This document shows positions 27,525 through 35,168 of a DNA stretch of 64,000 nt, piece by piece (position 1 is the first letter of the stretch; each line of letters starts with the position of its first letter). Position numbers and translations under genes: made by a program. This DNA comes from an uncultured Acidobacteriaceae bacterium (GTDB taxonomy: Bacteria; Acidobacteriota; Terriglobia; Terriglobales; Acidobacteriaceae), in the NCBI GenBank assembly GCA_963776125.1, contig CAVZMC010000003.1, positions 540-64,539 of the forward strand, written 5' to 3'. The notes beneath the pieces were generated by a model that saw nothing but the letters and a program-made list of their open reading frames with translations, did not search any database and was not told the DNA's origin.

Positions 27525-28214
27525 TCAATCGTGCAGAACGACATTGAGCAGCGAGCTGTGGACCTGTAACCCGCCTTCGACTCCTCCGGCATAATGAATG
27601 AAACCCAATTTCCGGAATCGGTTCATGAAAAAGCTGACTCGCGAACGAGTGGTTCCAACCATCGCGGCCAGAGTTTCCTGACTGATTTTCGGAACCACGG
27701 TCTCGGGAATGCCCTCCTTGCCGAAATGAGCCAGCAATAGAAGGACGCGGGCCAATCTTTTCTCGCTGGAATTGAACAGTTGATCGACCAGGTCTTCCTC
27801 GTAACGGATATTGCGCGCCAGCAAATACGCCACAAACAAATCGGAAAATGTATGTTCGCGGTGAAGGGCCTCCATCATCGCCTTCTTGTCGACCCTTAGA
27901 AGCTCGCAATCGCCCATGGCAGTCGCGGACCCCATGCGCTGAACCTGGCCGGCCAGCGCGCCTTCGCCAAAGAAACTGCCTTCATTCAATATGCCGATGG
28001 TCGCTTCCTTGCCGATCTTGGAGACGACGGTGAGCTTCACCTTGCCCTTTTGGATATAGAAAACAGAGTCCGCGCTGTCTCCTTGCGCGAAGACGGCTTG
28101 CTTTCCCGGAACCGCCACCAGCTTTCTGCCGACGCCAATCGTCGCCAGGAAAGTCTTGGGATCGAACTCGCGGGGCTTGATGGTTTCCGCAGCAGCAGTG
28201 CTCATCGCCAGCAA
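27525..28214 (-). CDS. Crp/Fnr-family transcriptional regulator
   Basis: cNMP-binding barrel (VFYIQKGKVKLTVVSKIGKEATIGILNEGSFFGEGAL) and C-terminal HTH (ISQETLAAMVGTTRSRVSFFMNRF). Start is TTG 28214 or ATG 28205. Confidence 0.9.
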   Translation of the reverse strand: MLAMSTAAAETIKPREFDPKTFLATIGVGRKLVAVPGKQAVFAQGDSADSVFYIQKGKVKLTVVSKIGKEATIGILNEGSFFGEGALAGQVQRMGSATAMGDCELLRVDKKAMMEALHREHTFSDLFVAYLLARNIRYEEDLVDQLFNSSEKRLARVLLLLAHFGKEGIPETVVPKISQETLAAMVGTTRSRVSFFMNRFRKLGFIHYAGGVEGGLQVHSSLLNVVLHD

Positions 28215-28372
28215 TTATAGTCCCGCAGAAAGCACAAAGTGAGCTATTTTGCACAGCCCACACTGCCCTTGCCCCCGGGCGGTTTTCCGCAGGCCCGCGC
28301 GAAAATGTGAGGGACGGCTTAGCGAAGCGTCTTTCAACTTTGCCGAGGGTTGGCCAGTTCGGGGTCGTAGAC

Positions 28373-28516
28373 TCAATTGCTGTCCGAAGCCGCCAGACGC
28401 CGGTCTCGATGCGGATCGGTGCGGGGCAGGCCAGTGCTAAGCTCGCATTTTTCTCCTGGCTTGGCGCCACAAGTGGGGCAGCGAACAGTCATGGCTTGTT
28501 CCTTCTTGGCTTTCAT
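28373..28516 (-). CDS. unlisted 47-aa zinc-finger ORF
   Basis: Own translation: MKAKKEQAMTVRCPTCGAKPGEKCELSTGLPRTDPHRDRRLAASDSN (CxxC...C...H). Below the track's length cut-off. Lies upstream of crp on the same strand. Confidence 0.4.
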   Translation of the reverse strand: MKAKKEQAMTVRCPTCGAKPGEKCELSTGLPRTDPHRDRRLAASDSN

Positions 28517-28747
28517 GACTGCATGATGCGGCATGGCTTGGAAATGCGATGGTCAATTGTGACCATACATTCACAATAGTTAGGAGATTCTCACGGGATC
28601 GCGCTCTCGTGTCTCGCTTTATTGGTGGTTCTCAGGCTGTCGTCTGGTCAATTTTGACCAGTCCGCGGCTCCCCTTTCGTTGAATACTTAGACGGGTAAC
28701 CATCCGAAAACCTGCCTTTTCGGCATCCTGCAACCCATCGGGGAGTA

Positions 28748-31135
28748 ATGTCGCTGCCAGATACAGTGTTTCCCAAGATCGCATTGGAAGTCGTTCCCCC
28801 GCGCACGGTGGTGCAACGGGTGGTTCTAGCGGGTGGGGCTCGATCGCAACCGAAGCCATCGCTGCCCACTCGAATCGCGGTGATCGGGAATCATCTTCCG
28901 CGGCAGTGCGGGATTGCCACTTTCACCACCGACCTGTGCAGCGCGATCTCCGCGGAGTACGGAACAGCCCGCTTGCTGGCAATTCCGGTGAATGACACAG
29001 AACAAGGATATGACTATCCCGAGCGCGTGCGATGGTCGCTGGCGCAGGACGACGTCGCGTCGTATCAGGAAGCGGCAGAATTCCTGAACTTTAACAATAT
29101 CGACATGGTGTGCCTGCAGCACGAGTATGGAATCTTCGGCGGTCCCGCCGGAAGCCATATTGTGCATCTGCTGCGCGGGTTGAAGATGCCCGTGGTGACC
29201 ACCCTGCATACGGTTCTGCGCGAGCCCGACGCCGAGCAACTCAGGGTCATGGAGGAAATCGCGGAGCTTTCCGATCGCCTCATTGTGATGAGCCAGCTTT
29301 CAGGCCAGTTTTTGCAGGAGATCTTCAAGGTGCCGGGGAGCAAGATCGACATGGTCCCGCACGGCGTTCCGGACTTTCCTTTTCTCGATCCCAATTTCTT
29401 TAAAGAACGCTTCGGGGTCGAAGGAAAAGCGGTGCTCCTCACCTTCGGCTTGCTCTCGCCCAACAAGGGAATCGAAAATGTCATTCAAGCGCTGCCGCAG
29501 ATCTTGGCTAAACATAAGAATGTGGTCTACATGGTTGCGGGGGCAACCCATCCTCACATCCTGCGCCGCGAGGGCGACAAATATCGAGCCAGCCTGAAAG
29601 CATTGGCAAAGGAAGTGGGAGTGGAATCGCAAGTCCTCTTCCACGACCGTTTTGTAAGCCCTGAGGAAATGGCGGAATTCATCGGCGCCGCCGACATCTA
29701 CATCACGCCCTATCGCCATGAAGCGCAAGTGGTTTCCGGGTCGCTCGCCTACGCACTGGGCGCGGGTAAGGCGATTATCTCGACTCCGTATTGGCACGCG
29801 ATTGAGTTGTTAGACGATCGCCGCGGCGCGCTGGTCCCTTTCCAAAATCCTGGTGCTATCGCTCAGAAGACGATTGAGCTGTTGGACACGCCGGCGATCC
29901 GTCACGCCATGCGCAAACGCGCTTACCAGTTCGCGCGCGACATGGTGTGGAAGAGAGTGGCGCAGGGTTATATGGAAAGTTTTGCCCGGGTTCGCAGCGA
30001 CCGCGTGGAAAGCCCCCGGGTTCAATTCTCGGCTCGCGCGACTCACAAATCGCTCAATTTCCTGCCCGAACTAAAACTTAATCACATGCATGCTCTGACC
30101 GACGATACAGGAATGCTGCAACACGCCATTTTTACCATTCCCAATCGCGCCGAGGGATACACCACCGACGACAATGCGCGCGCCCTCATTCTTACCGTGT
30201 GGTTGGAGCAATTGGGGATGAGCCTGGAAAAAGCCGAATCCGCCAACCCAGATTGGCCGTTCCGCTATCTGGCGTTCCTGGAGCACGGTTTCAATCCAGA
30301 GAAGAAGCGGTTCCGAAATTTCCTCGGCTACGACCATCACTGGAAGGAAGAACAGGGATCGGAAGATTCTCACGGCCGCGCATTATGGGCTCTCGGGACT
30401 GTCTTAGCCCGATCCACCAATCATGGGCTGCGCGGCGCTGCCGGCCGCTTGTTCGAGTTCTCCCTGCCGACGGTCCTCGAGTTCCACAGTCCTCGCGCCT
30501 GCGCCTACTGCGTGCTCGGAATTCAGGAATATCTTGCCGCTTATCCCGGTGACCGCGACGCCCAGCGCGTGCGGTTCGCATTGGCGCGACGACTGCTCGA
30601 TATGTACCACTCGATCCGGCGCCCAGACTGGAAGTGGTTTGAAAATGTTGTGGCCTACGGGAATGCACGGCTACCCCAGGCCATGCTGCTCGTGGGATCG
30701 GCTTGCGCGGATGAACCCATGCTTAACGCCGGACTCGAGTCGCTAGATTGGTTAATGGAAACGCAGCGATGCCAGGCGCACGGCCACTTTGTGCCGATCG
30801 GCTCGCAAGGGTTCTTCCATCAGGGCGGCGTAGCGGCCCGATTCGATCAACAGCCCATTGAAGCCGCTGGCGCTGTGTCGGCGTGTCTGCAAGCCTATCG
30901 CACAACCGGTGACGGCCGCTGGCGCGGCCAAGCCTGGTCTGCCTTCAACTGGTTTCTTGGCGATAACGATCTGCAACTTGCTCTTTACGATTGCGTCACG
31001 GGCGGCTGCCGGGACGGCTTGCATCCTGACCGCGCCAATGAGAACCAGGGAGCGGAATCGACGCTTTCGTTCCTGATGGCAGGCCTGGAGATGCGCTCGC
31101 TGCAAGAGTCTGAAGCGAAGGGAATCCCGTTATGA
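28748..31135 (+). CDS. GT4 glycosyltransferase fused to a C-terminal (alpha/alpha)6-barrel glycosidase-like domain
   Basis: 795 aa. N-terminal half is GT-B/GT4-like (RIAVIGNHLPRQCGIATFT..., TPYRHEAQVVSGSLAYALGAGKAIISTP). C-terminal ~370 aa is helical-repeat with GRALWALG and W-rich motifs. Confidence 0.85.
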   Translation: MSLPDTVFPKIALEVVPPRTVVQRVVLAGGARSQPKPSLPTRIAVIGNHLPRQCGIATFTTDLCSAISAEYGTARLLAIPVNDTEQGYDYPERVRWSLAQDDVASYQEAAEFLNFNNIDMVCLQHEYGIFGGPAGSHIVHLLRGLKMPVVTTLHTVLREPDAEQLRVMEEIAELSDRLIVMSQLSGQFLQEIFKVPGSKIDMVPHGVPDFPFLDPNFFKERFGVEGKAVLLTFGLLSPNKGIENVIQALPQILAKHKNVVYMVAGATHPHILRREGDKYRASLKALAKEVGVESQVLFHDRFVSPEEMAEFIGAADIYITPYRHEAQVVSGSLAYALGAGKAIISTPYWHAIELLDDRRGALVPFQNPGAIAQKTIELLDTPAIRHAMRKRAYQFARDMVWKRVAQGYMESFARVRSDRVESPRVQFSARATHKSLNFLPELKLNHMHALTDDTGMLQHAIFTIPNRAEGYTTDDNARALILTVWLEQLGMSLEKAESANPDWPFRYLAFLEHGFNPEKKRFRNFLGYDHHWKEEQGSEDSHGRALWALGTVLARSTNHGLRGAAGRLFEFSLPTVLEFHSPRACAYCVLGIQEYLAAYPGDRDAQRVRFALARRLLDMYHSIRRPDWKWFENVVAYGNARLPQAMLLVGSACADEPMLNAGLESLDWLMETQRCQAHGHFVPIGSQGFFHQGGVAARFDQQPIEAAGAVSACLQAYRTTGDGRWRGQAWSAFNWFLGDNDLQLALYDCVTGGCRDGLHPDRANENQGAESTLSFLMAGLEMRSLQESEAKGIPL

Positions 31136-32127
31136 CCACGCCCGCACAAGAACCTATGAGCATTCCGAGCCGTCACTATGAACCACTACTCATTCGGCAT
31201 CCTGGCAATCCAATCCTGACTAGTAAAGACTGGCCGTACTCCATCAACAGTGTTTTTAACGCGGGCGCAACTTTGCTCGCGGATGGCTCGACTCTGCTGC
31301 TCTGCCGCGTGGAAGATCGCCGGGGTTTGTCGCATCTTTGCGCCGCGCGCTCGCAAAACGGCGTCGATGGATGGCAAATCGATAGCGAACCAACGTTGAT
31401 GCCGAGTCCCAAGGATTATCCTGAGGAAATATGGGGCATTGAAGATCCGCGCATCACGTTCGTGCCGGAACTGCAGCAATACGTGGTCACTTATACTTCC
31501 TATTCGCGCGGCGGCCCGGGAGTATCCCTGGCTCTGACCAAGGATTTTCGAAGTTTCGAGCGCTACGGCGTAATCATGCCGCCGGACGATAAAGATACTG
31601 CGCTCCTACCGCGAAGAATTAATGGATACTGGGCGCTGATTCATCGGCCGATGACCACCCTCGGCTCGCACATGTGGATTTCCTATTCTCCCGACCTGCA
31701 CCACTGGGGCCGGCACCGGCTCATGTTGGAGGCCCGCCGCGGCGCCTGGTGGGACGCAAACAAGATTGGTCTGTCGCCGCCGCCCATTGAAACTTCGCGG
31801 GGTTGGCTCGTGTTCTACCACGGGGTGCGGCACACGCCTTCGGGCTGTCTGTATCGCCTGGGCTTGGCCCTTTTCGACCTGGAGAATCCAGAAAAATGTT
31901 TGCTGCGAGGGGATTCATGGATCTTCGGGCCAGAGGCCGAGTACGAACGCCACGGCGACGTGGACGACGTTGTGTTCCCCTGCGGCTACACTATGGATGC
32001 CGATGGCGACACCATTAATCTTTATTACGGGGCGGCAGACTGTGCGATTGCGTTGGCGCGGGCCAGCGTCCGCTCTCTGCTGGGGTGGCTAGACGCCAAT
32101 GGGAGTTGCGAGCGAAGGCGGGATTAA
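31132..32127 (+). CDS. GH130-family glycoside phosphorylase (beta-mannoside phosphorylase-like)
   Basis: NPILTSKDWPYSINSVFNAGA, GIEDPRITFV, YVVTYTSYS, DKDTALLPRRINGYWALIHRP, INLYYGAAD. ATGA start/stop overlap with the GT4 gene. Confidence 0.88.
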   Translation: MTTPAQEPMSIPSRHYEPLLIRHPGNPILTSKDWPYSINSVFNAGATLLADGSTLLLCRVEDRRGLSHLCAARSQNGVDGWQIDSEPTLMPSPKDYPEEIWGIEDPRITFVPELQQYVVTYTSYSRGGPGVSLALTKDFRSFERYGVIMPPDDKDTALLPRRINGYWALIHRPMTTLGSHMWISYSPDLHHWGRHRLMLEARRGAWWDANKIGLSPPPIETSRGWLVFYHGVRHTPSGCLYRLGLALFDLENPEKCLLRGDSWIFGPEAEYERHGDVDDVVFPCGYTMDADGDTINLYYGAADCAIALARASVRSLLGWLDANGSCERRRD

Positions 32128-32132
32128 GACCG

Positions 32133-32396
32133 ATGAACCCACTGCTTTGGGCTTTCCAATTCACCTTTGGCCGGTGCCGGCACCGGCACATGAGTCGCGT
32201 ATTCACGATCAAACGCCGCACCTATCGAGTTTGTTTCGATTGTGGAGGGGAATTCGACTTACCCGGTGCGCATACGCCCCTTCGGCCCGGCGATCCTGAT
32301 AAAGCGCGCTCAGTAACCAACCCGATCATGCCCGCTAAAGCTTCCGCAGCGAATGCCGTCGCTCAGGCATCGCCATCCCTAATTCTTCCCATGTGA
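32133..32396 (+). CDS. small hypothetical protein with a CxxC pair
   Basis: 87 aa from ATG 32133: MNPLLWAFQFTFGRCRHRHMSRVFTIKRRTYRVCFDCGGEFDL... Lies 6 nt after the GH130 stop. Confidence 0.45.
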   Translation: MNPLLWAFQFTFGRCRHRHMSRVFTIKRRTYRVCFDCGGEFDLPGAHTPLRPGDPDKARSVTNPIMPAKASAANAVAQASPSLILPM

Positions 32397-32695
32397 GCTA
32401 TCTTGCTCAGACACTAAAGTCCGCGCCTGTCATTCTCTATTCTCCTGAGTGTGTAGAGGGAGCCGCGAACGCTGATCCGCAGCTCTGATTTTCAGGCCGC
32501 TACGGGTCGGGTCCTCACCCGATCAAGTCATGGGTAAGCGGCCACATCCAGCCAATCGGCAGTCTTCATCCGCGCGTAAGCCGGCAAACCGCCGGCGGGC
32601 GCGATTCGACCCTAAGAGATTTCGATACTGAAGTTAGGGCAACCCTCCCAGCGGATGAGAGGCGTTAGCCCGCGAAAAAAGGAAGGTTAAAGATC

Positions 32696-32887
32696 ATGCC
32701 ACTAATTCAACTCCTGGAAGTTCTCATCGTGGTGGGGGTCCTGCTCTGGCTGGTGAATCGCTTCATTCCAATGCAGGGAACCATCAAGTCAATTTTGAAT
32801 GGCGTCGTGGTGATTGCCGTCGTTCTCTGGCTGCTGAACGTTTTTGGACTGTTTCATTCAATTTCCCGGATGCACGTCGGAACCTAA
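32696..32887 (+). CDS. Thivi_2564-family small membrane protein
   Basis: 63 aa, MPLIQLLEVLIVVGVLLWLVNRFIPMQGTIKSILNGVVVIAVVLWLLNVFG. GGAAGG RBS-like sequence upstream. Confidence 0.65.
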   Translation: MPLIQLLEVLIVVGVLLWLVNRFIPMQGTIKSILNGVVVIAVVLWLLNVFGLFHSISRMHVGT

Positions 32888-32961
32888 GCCGGTCAACGCA
32901 ACAACAGGGAGTTTGCAGTAGAGCAAGCTTACCTAGTGATACGACAATGGAGGCAACACCC

Positions 32962-33630
32962 ATGAAACTAGTGGGAGTTTTCAGCACAGCAGCTCTGGTT
33001 TTGGCCCTCGGAGTAGCCGTTCCGGCGTATGCACAAGAGGAGCGGCACGACCAGCCGGAGCAATAGAAAGCCCAGCCTGCCCATCAACAGGAGAAACAAC
33101 CGCAGCAGGCCAGGCCCGCAACGCAAGAACAAAAACCTGCGCCGCAGCAGCAGAGCAACGCCAGGCAGTCGGCGAAACCCGCGGCGCAGCAGCACCCCAA
33201 TGCCGCGCAGCAAGCAAAACCCTCGGCGCAGCAACACGCGAACACCAGGCAGCAAGCGAAAACCGCGCCGCGGCAAAACAAGAACGTCCAGCCGCAAGCG
33301 AAAAATGCACCGCAACCGCAGAAACAGCAACATGCACAGCAGTCGAAGCCTGCGCAGCAATCGCAGCGCGCCGGTAATAGCAATCATGGCCGCATCCCCG
33401 ACGCCCGTTTTCAGGCCAACTTCGGCCGCCAACATTCGTTTCGCGTAAGCCAAGGCGATTACCGGAATCATCGCTTCCAATACGGCGGCTATTGGTTCGG
33501 ATTCGTCGATCCGTGGCCGGCCAACTGGCTCTACACCCAGGACGTTTACGTCGTCGACATAGACGGCTCGTATTACCTGTGCAACTCGATGTATCCTGGC
33601 GTCAACGTCGCCATCGACGTTACGCTATAG
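32962..33630 (+). pseudogene. paralog of the 33977..34894 secreted Gln/Lys-rich protein, interrupted by one in-frame TAG (33064-33066)
   Basis: Own translation: MKLVGVFSTAALVLALGVAVPAYAQEERHDQPEQ*KAQPAHQQEKQ...GRIPDARFQANFGRQHSFRV...RFQYGGYWFGFVDPWPANWLYTQDVYVVDIDGSYYLCNSMYPGVNVAIDVTL. 188 codons stay open after the TAG with no ATG, GTG or TTG until a TTG and an ATG in the last ~30 codons. The C-terminal domain aligns with the downstream paralog. Confidence 0.7.
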
Positions 33631-33676
33631 CGACCGCTACGGAGTGGCTGGACGCAACCAGAGTGACCGTTATCGG

Positions 33677-33712
33677 CGGGAGCCCACTGTGGGCTCCCGC
33701 GGTTTATGTTTT
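33677..33712 (+). terminator. rho-independent terminator after the interrupted paralog
   Basis: CGGGAGCCCA-CTG-TGGGCTCCCG, a 10-bp perfect stem, followed by CGGTTTATGTTTT. Confidence 0.6.
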
Positions 33713-33976
33713 GGTTGACCCGCAATCGAAGCAATGAGAAACGCGGCCCGTCATGCTCCGCTGCACGCACATTCCACAGGATTGGGTTAGCTTTCGGACG
33801 CTATTCCTAGTTTCTTCCCACTGAGCAGTTTTGACCATTAAGAAAACGGTGGAACGCCTATAAACAGAGCCGACCCAGCCTTAGGGTTAATTTGTGGAAT
33901 AGGCGACGCAATCACCGCAACGGGTTTAGGCAGTAGAGCAAGCGCACGCACCGAGCGGTAAACGGAGGTAGACCTT

Positions 33977-34894
33977 ATGAAAGCAATTGGAATCACTAGA
34001 GCAGCCATTCTGTCTCTGCTTCTCGGCCTAGCCGTCCCTGTCTATGCACAGCACGAGCAACAGGACGAAAAGCAAGACCATCCCCAACAGCAACAGAGCA
34101 AGCAAGAGCAGGCTAAACCCCAACAGCAACATGCTCAGCCGCAGCAGGCTCAGCCGCAGCAACGGCAAGCCCAGGGCAATCAGCAACAGCAAGTCCAGCA
34201 ACAACAACGGCAAGACAAGAGCAACCAGCAGCGTGCTCAGCAGCAACAGCAGCAGCAGAACAAGCAGCAGGCTCAGCAACAGCAGCGGCAGGACCAGCAC
34301 AACCAGCAACAACAAGCCCAGCAACAGCAGAAGCAAGATCAGAACAAACAGCAGCATGCTCAACAGCAGCAGCGGCAGGACCAGCACAATCAGCAACAGC
34401 AAGCCCAGCAACAACAGAAGCAAGACCAGAACAAACAGCAGCAGCGCGCTCAACAACAACAGAAGCAAGACCAAAACAACCAGCAGCGCGCCCAGCAACA
34501 GCGGGGGAATCAACCGCCCCAACGCGCTGAGGAGCAGCGCGTCCAACAGAGCGCGTGGCAGCAGCATGGTTCACAAAACTGGAACTCCGACCACCGCACC
34601 TGGCAACAACGTGGCGGCTACCACGGTTACCGCATTCCTGACGATCGATTCAGCGGATACTTTGGGCCGAGCCATGGGTTCCGTATCTACGGCCTGCCCT
34701 TCCTGGTAGTTGGCGGGTACCCGCGCTTCCAGTACCAGGGCTATTGGATCAGTCTGGTTGACCCATGGCCGGAATACTGGGGAAACGACTGGTACGACAA
34801 CGACGACGTTTATCTCGCGTATGTCGACAACGGCTACTACCTTTTTGACTCCAGGTATCCCGGCGTCGGAATTGCGGTCGACATCTCGATGTAG
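33977..34894 (+). CDS. secreted Gln-rich repeat protein with a conserved aromatic C-terminal domain
   Basis: 305 aa, signal peptide MKAIGITRAAILSLLLGLAVPVYA, ~170 aa of Q/K/R/D low complexity. C-terminus YRIPDDRFSGYFGPSHGFRI...RFQYQGYWISLVDPWPEYW...YYLFDSRYPGVGIAVDISM. Confidence 0.8.
   Translation: MKAIGITRAAILSLLLGLAVPVYAQHEQQDEKQDHPQQQQSKQEQAKPQQQHAQPQQAQPQQRQAQGNQQQQVQQQQRQDKSNQQRAQQQQQQQNKQQAQQQQRQDQHNQQQQAQQQQKQDQNKQQHAQQQQRQDQHNQQQQAQQQQKQDQNKQQQRAQQQQKQDQNNQQRAQQQRGNQPPQRAEEQRVQQSAWQQHGSQNWNSDHRTWQQRGGYHGYRIPDDRFSGYFGPSHGFRIYGLPFLVVGGYPRFQYQGYWISLVDPWPEYWGNDWYDNDDVYLAYVDNGYYLFDSRYPGVGIAVDISM
34271..34500 (+). repeat. in-gene tandem repeat, 87-90 bp unit x2 plus a partial third
   Basis: Units 34271-34357 and 34358-34447 encode AQQQQRQDQHNQQQQAQQQQKQDQNKQQ(H/QR). 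A partial third unit follows. Confidence 0.7.
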
Positions 34895-34903
34895 CGTGCA
34901 CCT

Positions 34904-34929
34904 GGTGCAGCCTCGAGATAGGCTGCACC
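34904..34929 (+). terminator. stem-loop after the Gln-rich gene (no clear T tract)
   Basis: GGTGCAGCC-TCGAGATA-GGCTGCACC, a 9-bp perfect stem, 10 nt after the stop codon. Confidence 0.4.
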
Positions 34930-34975
34930 GGATGGCAAATATTCCTGTCTGAAAACAGGAGAGTAAGGAGCGAAC

Positions 34976-35131
34976 ATGCTTGGAACGATATTGATTGTGA
35001 TTCTTGTCTTAGCGCTCTTCGGGGCTCTGCCGCGATGGCCCCATAGCCGGGAGTGGGGCTATGCCCCGACCGGTGGAGTGGGCTTAGTGCTTTTGATCGT
35101 TGTGATTTTGCTTGTTCTCGGCCGGATTTGA
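34976..35131 (+). CDS. DUF3309-family small membrane protein (51 aa, unlisted)
   Basis: Own translation: MLGTILIVILVLALFGALPRWPHSREWGYAPTGGVGLVLLIVVILLVLGRI. AAGGAG lies 6 nt upstream of the ATG. Confidence 0.7.
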   Translation: MLGTILIVILVLALFGALPRWPHSREWGYAPTGGVGLVLLIVVILLVLGRI

Positions 35132-35168
35132 GCTTCGGTTTCGAGGCCCGAGAATAGACAACCGGAAC

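Noticed and set aside
32397-32695. 300-bp gap upstream of the Thivi_2564-like gene as a riboswitch or sRNA
   Set aside because: It contains a few hairpins (for example GCCGGCAAACCGCCGGC), but I could match it to no known RNA family and have no covariation evidence.
33064-33066. TAG decoded as pyrrolysine
   Set aside because: No pylTSBCD-like genes are visible and the lineage is not known for Pyl. The aligned position in the paralog is a Gln run, so CAG-to-TAG mutation or sequencing error is far more likely. It remains a remote possibility only.
32968-33480. ORFs 32968..33480(-), 32981..33337(-), 33029..33448(+) and 33084..33383(-)
   Set aside because: They are low-complexity off-frame artefacts over the interrupted Gln/Lys-rich paralog. 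The real frame is hidden from the track by the in-frame TAG and the lack of a downstream start codon.
34040-34540. Repeat array as a CRISPR or other noncoding array
   Set aside because: The repeats are in-frame coding tandem duplications of 87-90 bp with no spacer architecture, and no cas genes are present.
34028-34567. Leu-rich 179-aa and Ala/Val-rich 153-aa minus-strand ORFs, plus a Ser/Asn-rich +2 frame ORF (34044..34709)
   Set aside because: They are the complement or frame-shift of the CAG/CAA repeat region. Only the Gln frame has a signal peptide, an RBS and a conserved C-terminal domain.
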